Origin: an uncultured Holophagales bacterium
Lineage (GTDB): Bacteria; Acidobacteriota; Thermoanaerobaculia; Multivoradales; UBA5704
DNA: 64,000 nt
NCBI GenBank assembly: GCA_963842525.1
Contig: CAWJGT010000034.1
Location: forward strand, 512,001-576,000
Direction of reading: 5' to 3'
Both the position numbers and the translations under genes were made by a program. This document shows positions 35,313 to 56,857 of this stretch, in pieces (the first letter of the stretch is position 1; each line of letters starts with the position of its first letter). The notes beneath the pieces were generated by a model. That model searched no databases and had not been told where the DNA came from. It saw only the letters and a list, made by a program, of their open reading frames with translations.

Positions 35313-35573
35313 TCATCCGGCGACGCGGAGGCCGAGCAGGGTGCGCTCGGTGATCTCCAGCTCTTCGCGATCGCTGTGGACAACGTACAGCTCCCGCGAC
35401 GGAGCGTCGCGGTGGAGTCTCAAGTATCCACGGAGAGCTGTTTCCCCGTCCGGGAACGCGTCGACGACGGCCAACTCGTCCAGTTGCCGTTTTCCCGCTT
35501 CCGAATGTGCCTGCAGCGCTTCGACCAGGAGCCACTGGTGAGGATAGTGCCGGCGGATGTCCGTCCAGATCAT
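35313..35573 (-). CDS. Small hypothetical protein, followed by a stub (MKIRLEHGL, 35316-35242) resembling an aspartyl-protease N-terminus
   Basis: 86-aa ORF with GGAGG RBS and an ATGA overlap to the stub; the family assignment is tentative. Confidence 0.55.
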   Translation of the reverse strand: MIWTDIRRHYPHQWLLVEALQAHSEAGKRQLDELAVVDAFPDGETALRGYLRLHRDAPSRELYVVHSDREELEITERTLLGLRVAG

Positions 35574-35630
35574 GTTGGCCTCCGCACGACCACGGGTCGC
35601 CTCCCGTGGCAGCGCCTGTCTCTTAGCTTA

Positions 35631-36400
35631 GGGCTCGTCACGAAATAAGTGTCTCATCTGCGGGCTCTCTCGCCCCGGGAAGTCAACGCCGTCTGACGAC
35701 TGCACCAAAGGTACGGCGCGACGCTAGGAGCGCCAGCGTCTCGCCGGCATCATCAAGACAGCGGGCCGAAAGCCCGGCCTTCTGGGAAGAACGGCGGGAA
35801 GCGAGGTGGGGGTTCGGGCTGGCTGCGGAGGCCCATCGCCGGTCGCCGTAGCCGCGGGGACTGTGGGCCGGCGGGACGCCGGCGCTCCCAGTGGGCGATG
35901 GCTCGGCCCTTGCGCGAGTCGAACCGCTGCCGCGGCGGCGACAACGCCCACCGCGGGACCAGCTACAGCCACCGCAGGGAGTCGAACCGCTGCCGCGGCG
36001 GCGACAACGCCCGCCGCGGGACCAGCTACAGCCACCGCGGGGAGTCGAACCGCTGCCGCGGCGGCGACAACGCCCACCGCGGGACCAGCTACAGCCACCG
36101 CGGGAAGTCGAACCGCTGCCGCGGCGGCGACAACGCCCGCCGCGGGACCAGCTACAGCCACCGCGGGAAGTCGAACCGCTGCCGCGGCGGCGGCAACGCC
36201 CACCGCGGCAGCAGCTCCATCCACCGCGGGGAGTTCGAACCAGTCCGCGGGACCAGCAGGACTGCCGGCTTCCCGCCCTAGATCCTACACTCCCGTTCAG
36301 CATGACACGATAGACCGGGCTCTGCGGTGAGAACCTTCCTGGATCGCTGGCGAGCTTCTTTGGAAGACCGAAACTGCGACACTTATTTCGTGACGAGCCC
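35631..36400. mobile_element. MITE with 23-bp perfect TIRs and TTA target duplication
   Basis: GGGCTCGTCACGAAATAAGTGTC (35631-35653) / GACACTTATTTCGTGACGAGCCC (36378-36400); TTA at 35628-35630 and 36401-36403. Confidence 0.88.
35918..36250. repeat. 63-bp tandem repeat x5+, each built of three 21-bp CCGCGG-containing subunits
   Basis: Units start at 35918, 35981, 36044, 36107 and 36170. Confidence 0.92.
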
Positions 36401-36527
36401 TTACCGCATCACCACACCAGCGCGGTGAAGCCGCCGTCCATGCGGTGAGGGCTCCGCCATCCGCTGATCGTCTAACATCTCTGCTTCCCCGTCGCGGCAG
36501 GAGCCCGCGAGGAGAGATGGACGACCG

Positions 36528-48443
<11,916 letters not shown>

Positions 48444-48976
48444 CGCAGGGGACCGCGATGAACACGAGCGGGTCGCAGGGGCTCACGTTGAACAGGATGC
48501 TCGCCATCGTTTTCGCGAGACCGAGCGCGGCGGCGAGCCCCGCCGCCAGACCGATCGCCAGGAGCGCGACGCCCTTCCACAGGAAATGGCGCAGGATGTC
48601 CGGCTGATCCGCGCCAAGCGCCATGCGGATGCCGATCTCAAAAAACGTCCGGGTCCGTCCAGAGGGCATGGACGGCGTCGAGGTCGTCTCCGGCAAGGGG
48701 TCGAAGGCGCAGCCGGGAAGTGGAGAGATGGGGCTGGTCCATAGTCCCGATTATGGCCGATGAGCCTACGGGTGAGGGGATCGCCCGTCGTCCAGCGTTC
48801 CTTCATCCAGACCCGGTGGGGTGAGCGATTCCGGTCCTCTGCTCCACCCGATTTCAAAAGATCCCGGCCGATCGGCCCCCTGGCAGACCGGCCGTACAGA
48901 AACTTCCGCTTTTCCCACCCCTACGCCCTTCCTCCCGGGCCGGCCGCAGTCAAGGCCGGCCCTCCTGCCTCGCCTG

Positions 48977-49474
48977 TTACAAACCCCAGAGCTTGTGGTG
49001 ACCTCGACGGGGAGATTGTACATGCCGTCGCAACGCCGATCGACGCGATCGAGCCGCGGTGAAGATACATGCCGGAGACGCCACCAGCTCCTCGAGTTTC
49101 GATCCGGCATGAAGGGCCTCGTTCACGGCGTGGACGTCGGCCGACTCCAGTGCAAGGCGCTGAAAAGCCGGCGTTCGCGCATATCGCTCCGCGCTCCGCA
49201 TGGCTGCCTGATAGCAGGGCTCGTCGGCCAGCTTGCCCGTCTCGACAACCCGACCCTCCGAATCGAAGCACAGATAGTCCTCTGAGAACTGGTGGATCCC
49301 CATTCCCTCGAGAAGGAGCCGGCCCCAGGCGATCTGTGTGAATTTGTAGGCTCGATCCGCGAGCAGCTCGGCGATGCCTTGATTGACCAGGGATCGATGG
49401 ATCTCAATTTCTGAAGCTTCGGGATGCGAGGCAAGGATTTGAACCAGCCGTGACAGGGCATCATCTGGTTTCAT
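48977..49474 (-). CDS. Hypothetical protein
   Basis: ORF with GGAGG RBS, protein-like composition and lower GC. Confidence 0.55.
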   Translation of the reverse strand: MKPDDALSRLVQILASHPEASEIEIHRSLVNQGIAELLADRAYKFTQIAWGRLLLEGMGIHQFSEDYLCFDSEGRVVETGKLADEPCYQAAMRSAERYARTPAFQRLALESADVHAVNEALHAGSKLEELVASPACIFTAARSRRSALRRHVQSPRRGHHKLWGL

Positions 49475-49535
49475 GTTCCTGTCCTCCAGGCTTCCGGGAC
49501 CAGGGCGATCCCGGAAGCTCACTGCACCCGTCCCC

Positions 49536-50672
49536 CTATGGCGAGGCGTAGTTGACCGCGTGGCCTCGGACCGTGACTCCTTCGAGGATCCCGAAGTTCA
49601 ACGACTGGAAGTCGACGAAGTTGAACATCAGGGTGCAGGGCGAGAGGTCGTCCTGATCTCCCTGGAGCAGGCCCTCGACGCAGTTGGCGTAGTGGTGATG
49701 GGCTCCCATCAGGTGCCCGAGCTCATGGGCGGCGACCTCCGGATGGGCATCGACGTTCACCCGGAACGGCCCGAGGACGCCTTCCGCGATGCCCTCCGCC
49801 TCGCCGACCGCGAAGGCGTGATGCGCGAACCGGACGCCGCCGATGCAGTCGGCCAGGCCGGCCAGCGCGGTGTCGCCATCCGTGGTGAGGTCCTTGCTGC
49901 TCAGGATGTAGACTAGGTCCGATCCGGTCGGCCGCACACCGCCGAAGTGGTCCTTGGCCTGCTGGATGATGCCGGCACCCTCGGTGCCGGTGAAAGTGAC
50001 GGTGTCATACGAGACGACGTTCAGGTCGATGCCGAGCGGCGCGTACGACTGCGCGGCCGTGGTCATGAGCAGGTCGGCGTCTCCGACGCTCACGCCGTCC
50101 AGAAGGACCGCGACGTCGAGCGACACCGTCTGGCCGGCGTCGGTGATCCCCGGAATGCCAATGGCGGCGGGAATCAATTCGAGGCAGGCGTTCGGGTCTT
50201 CCGGCTCGATCGCGGGGCTGGTGGTCGCGCTCGCGACGCCCTGGTAGGTGGAGCCCGAGGTGACCTGGAAGGGCAGCACGCGCACCTTGTACGGGCCGGT
50301 GCCGTGCAGGTTGTCGTGCTTGATCACGACAGCTTCGTTCCCGCCGTCATTGGCCGAGCGCCCGGCCTCGGTGCCGTTCGGGTAATAGACGTAGAGATCA
50401 TAGTCGTCCGCCGGGTTATTGCTCGCGACCGCCACCACGAAACGGTCCCCCGGGCTCAGGTTGACAGTCAGAGCGAACTTGTCGCAGGAGGGGTTGAGCG
50501 GAGTGATGCACCCGAGCTGATTGGGGACCCCCACGGTGTAGGGTCCGCCCTCCCAGCTCGCTGAGCCGCCGGACGAGACCGTGCCCGCGTTGGGCGCGGC
50601 GGCATGGGCGGCCGTGGCGATGCAAAGGACGGCAACGAACAGGAAAATCCGCGATCTCAAGAAACGCTTCAT
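49536..50672 (-). CDS. Secreted zinc metallopeptidase (reprolysin/M12-like) with PPC-like domain
   Basis: Signal peptide MKRFLRS...AHA; DYDLYVY; HELGHLMGAHH; CTLM Met-turn. Confidence 0.85.
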   Translation of the reverse strand: MKRFLRSRIFLFVAVLCIATAAHAAAPNAGTVSSGGSASWEGGPYTVGVPNQLGCITPLNPSCDKFALTVNLSPGDRFVVAVASNNPADDYDLYVYYPNGTEAGRSANDGGNEAVVIKHDNLHGTGPYKVRVLPFQVTSGSTYQGVASATTSPAIEPEDPNACLELIPAAIGIPGITDAGQTVSLDVAVLLDGVSVGDADLLMTTAAQSYAPLGIDLNVVSYDTVTFTGTEGAGIIQQAKDHFGGVRPTGSDLVYILSSKDLTTDGDTALAGLADCIGGVRFAHHAFAVGEAEGIAEGVLGPFRVNVDAHPEVAAHELGHLMGAHHHYANCVEGLLQGDQDDLSPCTLMFNFVDFQSLNFGILEGVTVRGHAVNYASP

Positions 50673-50844
50673 GAACGCCTCCTCGTAAGGTACAAGTGTA
50701 GTGCCACTCCTAAGGTGGGAGCATTCTAGAGGCGACGGGGAGATAGGGAATAGAGGGAAATCCCTCATCTCCAGAGAGGGGAAAACCCTCAGAGGGTGTT
50801 GGAAAGCGCTGGTGGCAGGGCTCGCGGTCACCTACGACCGCCGG

Positions 50845-51047
50845 ACGCCCTCGACGCGCTGATCGCCGAGGGCAGGGTGCGGCCCGTCTTCTCGTCGCAG
50901 CCGGAGGAGATCCAGCCCGACCGCCTCCGCCTCCGCCTGCAGGGCGACACGGTCGAGCTGGAGAACGACTACGTCTTCGTCTTCGCCGGCGGCGTTCCTC
51001 CGTTCGACTTCCTCAAGAAGATCGGGGTGGCCTTCGGCGGCGGATGA
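50845..51047 (+). pseudogene. C-terminal remnant of an FAD-dependent thioredoxin-reductase-like oxidoreductase
   Basis: LENDYVFVFAGGVPPFDFLKKIGV, with no upstream part. Confidence 0.55.
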
Positions 51048-51050
51048 CTC

Positions 51051-51625
51051 CTACTGCCCCCCGCCCGCGCTCCACGGCGGCACGATGCCGCTCATGCGGG
51101 CGTAGGCGATCGACTGGCCGAGGTGCTCGTGGGCGTGGGTGGCGATGATCATCATGCCCTCGCGCACGGTGCCGTCGTGGTCGAAGATCTTGATAGTCCG
51201 CTCGAGATCGGCGTCCGAGGCCGACGTGATGGCCTTGCGGGCGTGGTCGAAGGACTTCTTGAGCGCGTCGATCACCTTCGCCTTGTCGGTCTCCTTCTCC
51301 ATCTCGCGGCTGAGCCCCTCGGGCGGCTTGACGCCCCAGAGGGTCGGCAGGAAGTAGTTGCCGCCCGCAACGTGCATGAACACCGCGGACGTCGAGCGGA
51401 CCTTGTCGTTGGGACGCCAGGCGAGCTTGTCGGCCGGGGTGGCCTCGGCCAGGGCGATCAGCTTCTTCTCGGCGTCATCGATCTGCCGCACGAGCTCCAC
51501 GCGGAAACCGCCCGCAGCCGGCGCGGCGGCGGGCTTCTCCATCGTCGTCTGGGCCAGCACCGGCGACGGCCAGGAAGAGCCAGCAGCGTCAGCGCAAGAG
51601 GGAAAGCCAGAGCTTTGCGCATCAT
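51051..51625 (-). CDS. DinB-family protein with signal peptide (apparent frameshift near 51565)
   Basis: WRP...VRS...FMHVA and HAHEHLGQSIAYARMSGIVPPWS; MRKALAFPLALTLLAL lies in another frame behind AAGGAG. Confidence 0.85.
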
Positions 51626-51676
51626 CATCTCCTTTCAGGAAAACCGGGGACATCTTAGCGCTAGAATCGCCTCCCG

Positions 51677-52975
51677 ATGATGCACATGACCCTTGCCCTG
51701 CTGGCGAGCGTGGGAGCGTTCGCCCTCCTGGTCGCGCTCGTCGCCTGGCTGCAGCGCAAGATCTTCCTGGTGCGGCAGCTCGCCTTCCCTCTCTACATCG
51801 CCTCCGCGGCGGCCGCGGTCCAGGTGTACATCTTGCTGATGCCGGACCACAATCCGCTGGCCCTCCAGCGCACCCTGGCCTGGCTGCTCCTCTTCGCCGG
51901 CCTCGCCGCCGTGCTGCGGCTCTTGGCGCTCTACCTCTTCGACGTCCACCTGTACGCGCAGAAGGGCATCCGGCTCCCGCCGCTCCTCACGGCGGTGACC
52001 ATGGCCATGGTCTATCTGGTGACCGCCCTCATCACCCTGCGGCTGACGATCCCCGACATCGACATCACGGCCCTGGTGGCGACGAGCGCGGTGACCTCGC
52101 TGGTCCTCGGCCTGGCACTCCAGCCGATCCTCTCCAACTTCTTCGCCGGCCTCGTGGTCAGCCTCGAGCGGCCGTTCCGGATCAACGACTGGATCCGGGT
52201 CGGCGAGCACGAGGGGCGGGTGGTCGCCATCACCTGGCGCACCACCCACCTGCGGACGCGGGAGAACGACACCCTGGTGATCCCGAACGGCAAGCTGGCG
52301 GACGAACGGGTGCTCAACTATTACTCCCCGCACCCCACGCACATGGAGCGCCTCAAGGTGGGGGCGAGCTACAAGGTTCCGCCCTACCGCGTGCGCCGTG
52401 CCCTGTTGCAGTCCGTGGTCGGCGTGGCCGGCGCCCTCGACAAGCCGAGCCCCGAGGTCTATGTGCTCTCCTTCGACGAGAGCGCCGTCCTCTACGAGCT
52501 GCGGGTCTGGACCGAGGACGTGGCTCAGAGCCCGCGCATCGCGAGCGACATCCGGGCGCGCATCTGGGAGGAGCTCAAGAAGGCGGGGATCCCCATCCCC
52601 TACCCCACCCGCACGATCGATCTGCCGCCGCGCCCCCGGCGGAAGACCGAGCAGCCGGCAGAGGGTCCAGAGCCGGCCCGCCTCTACGTGGCGGAAGGGC
52701 CCGACCGCGGGACCTCGCTGGCTCTCGACGGCCTCCAGGAGGGACCCGTGACCGTGGGGCGCTCGCGCGGCTGCACGCTCTCGCTGACCGAGCCCAACGC
52801 CAGCAAGGATCACCTCCAGATCGAGTGGAAGGACGGAGCATGGGTGCTCTCCGACCTCGAAAGCAGCTTCGGGACCCGGGTCAACGGCGGCGAGCCTGTC
52901 GAGAGCGTTCCCCTCGCGCCGCTCGACCGCATCGCGATCGGCGACACGGTCATCATTTTCGAGAGCGACGGCTGA
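51677..52975 (+). CDS. MscS-family mechanosensitive channel fused to a C-terminal FHA domain
   Basis: TM helices, LGLALQPILSNFFAG, PFRINDWI, WRTT, IPNG, GIPIPYP; FHA motifs VGRS, ASKDH, DLESSFGTRVNG. Confidence 0.9.
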   Translation: MMHMTLALLASVGAFALLVALVAWLQRKIFLVRQLAFPLYIASAAAAVQVYILLMPDHNPLALQRTLAWLLLFAGLAAVLRLLALYLFDVHLYAQKGIRLPPLLTAVTMAMVYLVTALITLRLTIPDIDITALVATSAVTSLVLGLALQPILSNFFAGLVVSLERPFRINDWIRVGEHEGRVVAITWRTTHLRTRENDTLVIPNGKLADERVLNYYSPHPTHMERLKVGASYKVPPYRVRRALLQSVVGVAGALDKPSPEVYVLSFDESAVLYELRVWTEDVAQSPRIASDIRARIWEELKKAGIPIPYPTRTIDLPPRPRRKTEQPAEGPEPARLYVAEGPDRGTSLALDGLQEGPVTVGRSRGCTLSLTEPNASKDHLQIEWKDGAWVLSDLESSFGTRVNGGEPVESVPLAPLDRIAIGDTVIIFESDG

Positions 52976-53008
52976 CCGTGGACGTTAACTTTGCGCCGGA
53001 ATCTTCTC

Positions 53009-53121
53009 GTAGGGGCGGGTTTGGGGGATCGGGCGGTGGGGCAACCCGCCCTCTTCGCGTCGTATGCGCCCCCACCCAGGGCGGGTCGCGCCGCCTCCCA
53101 ACCGCCCAGACCCGCCCCTAC
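53009..53121. repeat. GTAG-type REP doublet
   Basis: GTAGGGGCGGGTTTGG ... CCAGACCCGCCCCTAC inverted pair. Confidence 0.7.
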
Positions 53122-53182
53122 GAGAGGCGCACCAGGCAAGTCAATCGTCCAAACCCTTCTCCCCCATCTCCGTAGTAGCTGC

Positions 53183-54637
53183 ATGCCCCGACTCCAACGC
53201 ATTTTCTCGCTCCTCGCCCTGACCTCCTTCGTCTCCCTCACCTGCTTCGCGGCCCAGCCCGCCCACCCGTCCCGTTCCAAGCTTCAACCCTGCAAGGTGC
53301 AGCGCGACGGCGGCGAGGTCGACGCCCTCTGCGGCCAGTACCAGGTCTGGGAGAACCGTCAGGCGAAGGCCGGCCGCAAGATCTCGTTGAAGATCGTGGT
53401 GATCCCCGCGCTCGGCCCGAACCCGAAGCCGGACCCGATCGTCGTGCTGGGCGGCGGTCCCGGTCAGGCGGCCACCGTCATGACCGGCATCCCGGGTCTG
53501 GCGCGGGACCGCGACCTTCTCTTCGTGGATCAGCGGGGGACCGGCGAGCCCGACCAGATGCAGTGCCTGCTGGGCACCCCGGGCGACCTCCAGAGCTTCC
53601 TCGAGCAGCTCTTCCCGCTCGACCCGGTGCGCCGGTGTCGGGAGGAGTTGGGCAAGAAGTACGACCTGACGCTCTACACGACCGCCGCCGGCGCGGACGA
53701 CCTCGACGAGGTCCGGGCCTGGCTCGGCTACGACAAGCTGAACCTGGCGGGCTACTCCTACGGCACCCGGATGGCGCAGGTCTACCTGAAGCGCCATCCG
53801 CAGTCGGTCCGCACCGTGACCCTCTGGGGCTCCGTGCCGATGGACGAGGCGCTGCCGATCTCGCACTCGCCTGCCGGCCAACGCTCGCTCGACATCGTCT
53901 TCGAGCTCTGCGAGCAGGACGCGGCCTGCAGCGCCAGGTTCCCGGTGCGCAAGGACTTCGAGGCAGTGATGGCGCGGCTGGACAAGGGACCCGTTGAGGT
54001 CGAGGTTCCTCACCCGGAGACCGAAAAGCCGATCAAGGTCCGGCTGCCGCGCGAGGTCGTGGCGGAGACCATCCGTTCCATCCTCTACAACGCGCAGGGG
54101 GCCGCGGCCCTGCCGCTCGCGTTCCACGAGGCGGCGGCAGGCGACTGGAAACGGCTGGGCGAGATGATTGTGCCGCAACGCTACGGCACTCTAGTCGGAC
54201 TGTCGCACGGCCTCTTTTTCTCGGTCACCTGCTCGGAGGACATGCCGCACATCACCGAGGAGCTGATCGCCGCCCGCACGGCCGGGAGCTTCCTGCGCGA
54301 CGACCGGGTGCGCCGGCAGAAGGCGGCGTGCGACCTCTGGCCGCGCGCCAAGGTCGAGCCCGGGCACCGCGACGCGGTCCGCTCGGACCTCCCGGTGCTG
54401 GTGATCAACGGCCGGCTCGACCCGGTCACGCCCCCCGACTTCGGCCGCCGGACCGTCGCGGGATTTTCGAACAGCCTCTTCCTGGAGATCCCCTACGAGA
54501 GCCATGGGATTTTCGACGACTGCCCGCTCGGGATCGCTCAGACCTTTGTCGACCGGGCCAGCCTCCAGGGGCTCGACACTTCGTGCATCGCGCAGATGAA
54601 GCCGGCGCCGTTCGTGCTGGAGCCGCCCCAGCCCTGA
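53183..54637 (+). CDS. Secreted alpha/beta hydrolase (TAP-like / S33 peptidase)
   Basis: GGGPG, DQRGTG, GYSYG, DPVTP, SHG; signal peptide. Confidence 0.88.
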   Translation: MPRLQRIFSLLALTSFVSLTCFAAQPAHPSRSKLQPCKVQRDGGEVDALCGQYQVWENRQAKAGRKISLKIVVIPALGPNPKPDPIVVLGGGPGQAATVMTGIPGLARDRDLLFVDQRGTGEPDQMQCLLGTPGDLQSFLEQLFPLDPVRRCREELGKKYDLTLYTTAAGADDLDEVRAWLGYDKLNLAGYSYGTRMAQVYLKRHPQSVRTVTLWGSVPMDEALPISHSPAGQRSLDIVFELCEQDAACSARFPVRKDFEAVMARLDKGPVEVEVPHPETEKPIKVRLPREVVAETIRSILYNAQGAAALPLAFHEAAAGDWKRLGEMIVPQRYGTLVGLSHGLFFSVTCSEDMPHITEELIAARTAGSFLRDDRVRRQKAACDLWPRAKVEPGHRDAVRSDLPVLVINGRLDPVTPPDFGRRTVAGFSNSLFLEIPYESHGIFDDCPLGIAQTFVDRASLQGLDTSCIAQMKPAPFVLEPPQP

Positions 54638-54826
54638 GCGAGACGCTCGATGGTCTTGTGGTTAGCCCGGAGGCACCAGCGGGTAGCAGAACCTTCGTCC
54701 TGAGTGACAGGTACAGGCGCCGGCCCCAGGCCCACTTGGCCGCCCCGCGCTCCGGCCCTGGGCTGAAAGTTGAGTGGCGGCTCTGGCGTTGACTTGTCGA
54801 CCGCGCCGCCGTCCGTCGAGACCGAT

Positions 54827-55147
54827 TCAGGCGCCCAGCCGCATGACTTGGCCGGGTCCAACAAGCGGGAGGGCTGTGAGGATGGCGGGGATGAGCGGCC
54901 GCACTTCGTGAATCCGAGTGCCACTGCGGAGCACGATGATACCCAACTCGCTGGAGCGGATGTTCTGCTGGAACTCGAGGTTCTGGTCGGCCGTCAAGAG
55001 ATGTGTAAAGCCAGAGAGAACCGCGCGATTCATGAGCTCGCCGTTCTTTAGACCCGACCAGCCCATGCCGCGGACCGTGCGGACAGAGGGCAGGCCGAGG
55101 TCGTCGGCCAGCTCAACGGGCAGCGATTCATCGACGAGAATGCGCAG
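54827..55147 (-). CDS. DUF5615-type PIN-like toxin (apparent CTG start)
   Basis: (L)RILVDESLP, GWSGLKNGEL, LLTADQNLEFQQN. Confidence 0.8.
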   Translation of the reverse strand: MRILVDESLPVELADDLGLPSVRTVRGMGWSGLKNGELMNRAVLSGFTHLLTADQNLEFQQNIRSSELGIIVLRSGTRIHEVRPLIPAILTALPLVGPGQVMRLGA

Positions 55148-55352
55148 TTTCGGCGAGGAAGTCACTGGCCATCTCGAGCGCCGCAACGGCCTGGTCGCGA
55201 GACACTGAAGGGAAGGAGTGAAGGAACTGTTCGATGGTGTCTCCCGCCTCGAGGTGGTCAATGAGAGTCCGGACCGGAACCCGAGTACCCACGAAAACCG
55301 GGGTGCCGCCGAGGATCTCGGGGTCGCTGTGCACTACCTGATCGGGGCGCAT
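55128..55352 (-). CDS. DUF433 antitoxin
   Basis: DPEILGGTPVFVGTRVPV...FPSVSRDQA. Confidence 0.9.
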   Translation of the reverse strand: MRPDQVVHSDPEILGGTPVFVGTRVPVRTLIDHLEAGDTIEQFLHSFPSVSRDQAVAALEMASDFLAETAHSRR

Positions 55353-55491
55353 GATCTCCTCTCTTCTAGATGAGCCAAGTTTACCAGAGCTGCCCAGGTG
55401 GCAGGAGCGCCGCCGCCCCACCTCGGGCTGAAGCATCTGCGGCGAACACTGCCGGTCCTGCGGGACCACTGCCAGCCACCGCGAAGAGCAC

Positions 55492-55713
55492 TTAGCCCGG
55501 AGGCAACAGCGGGAAGCAGAACCTCTTTCCCGAGTGACAGTTGCAGGCGCCGGCCTGGCCTGAACTGAACGTGCAATAGATGGTGCCGGGAGTACAGGGG
55601 GTCAACTGGAGGTCCTCGCAAGTGACAGAGGCCTGCGCCAGGCCGGGAGCCGACGCCCAGACGGAGACCCCGAGGATACCGACGACAGCGAGAAGACGGA
55701 GTGCCTTCAACAT
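55492..55713 (-). CDS. Small secreted six-cysteine peptide
   Basis: Signal peptide ending AQA; C-x7-C-x6-C-x9-C-x-C-x6-C; RBS AGGAG. Confidence 0.7.
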   Translation of the reverse strand: MLKALRLLAVVGILGVSVWASAPGLAQASVTCEDLQLTPCTPGTIYCTFSSGQAGACNCHSGKRFCFPLLPPG

Positions 55714-55855
55714 GAACCGCTCCTCTCCTGGATGGCCGCACAGCGAGGTTGCCGCGCGGAGCTCGCATGAGTCACTTCCCCAGAGTATACCGGAGCGAGG
55801 TTTGGCGCCGCTCGACCGCGTCCCGGTTGGTGATACCGTTACGTCTTCGAGAACG

Positions 55856-56779
55856 ATGCCTGACCAACCTACCCAGATCGGCCCCTATCGCATCACCGAG
55901 CCGCTCGGCCGCGAGGGGGCGGCGACCGTCTACCGCGCCGTCGGTCCTTCTCAGAACGAGGAGGTCCGGGTCCACCTCCTCTCGTCCCGGTTCGTCGAGC
56001 AGCCGGCTGCGCTGGAGCGCTTTCAGCGCGAAGGGAACGCCCTGTCCCGCTTTCCCCATCCCAACCTCCTCCAGGTCGTGGCCACCGGCCGCGAGGGGGA
56101 CCGGCCGTATCTGGTCACCGAGGCGTTTGACGGGGTCCCGCTCGACGAGGTGCTGCGCAGCCGCCGGCTGTCGCTGCCCGAAGCCATCCATGTGATGAAG
56201 GGGATCTGCCGCGGGCTTGCCCAGGCCCACATGCACGGCGTCGTTCACCGCCACGTCTGGCCGCACGCCATTCGCGTGTCGCCGGACCTGGCGCAGGTCA
56301 AGCTGACCGACTTCGGTTTCCTCCGGGTCGAGTCGCTGGGGACGACCGGCACGATCAAGACCGGCGCCATCTCGCTCGCCGCCTTCCACTACCTGGCGCC
56401 GGAGCAGACCGATGGCCGGCCGGACAACGACGATCACCGCGCGGACCTCTACTCCGCCGGCGTCGTGTTCCAGGAGATGCTGACCGGCCGGGCTCCGGGA
56501 GGCCGCGTCGCCCTGCCGAGCCAGCTCAACAGCGAGTTCCCCGCGGCGATCGACGTCCTGGTCCTCAAGTGCCTCGCCCGCAATCCAACCGAGCGCTACG
56601 CCACGGCCATCGACCTGCTCGCCGGCATCGGCAAGCTCGAAGAGGCGTCGCAGATCCGCCTCATCACCGGGCTGGGCGGCATCGGCCAGCCCGCTTCCCG
56701 GCGGCGGGCCCTGCTCGCCGGCGGGCTCGTGCTGCTGCTCGTTTTACTGGCGGTTGTTGGCTATCTGATCACGCGCTGA
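55856..56779 (+). CDS. Membrane-anchored Ser/Thr kinase-like protein, probable pseudokinase
   Basis: Hanks-type fold with DFG, YLAPEQ and DLYSAG but VRVH and HRHVWPHA; C-terminal TM helix. Confidence 0.85.
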   Translation: MPDQPTQIGPYRITEPLGREGAATVYRAVGPSQNEEVRVHLLSSRFVEQPAALERFQREGNALSRFPHPNLLQVVATGREGDRPYLVTEAFDGVPLDEVLRSRRLSLPEAIHVMKGICRGLAQAHMHGVVHRHVWPHAIRVSPDLAQVKLTDFGFLRVESLGTTGTIKTGAISLAAFHYLAPEQTDGRPDNDDHRADLYSAGVVFQEMLTGRAPGGRVALPSQLNSEFPAAIDVLVLKCLARNPTERYATAIDLLAGIGKLEEASQIRLITGLGGIGQPASRRRALLAGGLVLLLVLLAVVGYLITR

Positions 56780-56857
56780 CAAGAAATCGGCTCGCTCCCC
56801 CCTGGCCTCGGAAGTCCCTGCCGCGCACCAACCGGCGCGCGCCCCGCTTCAGTGGTC

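Noticed and set aside
35918-36250. CRISPR array (also considered for 10756-10937)
   Set aside because: No unique spacers of 25-45 nt, units are contiguous, and there are no cas genes.
35683-36330. Repeat proteins encoded by the 63-bp array
   Set aside because: All six frames are open because the unit has no stop codon; no clear RBS or start favours any frame.
48650-48960. Possible gene or ncRNA between the permease remnant and the hypothetical gene
   Set aside because: No recognisable motif, convincing ORF or clear structure; left unannotated.
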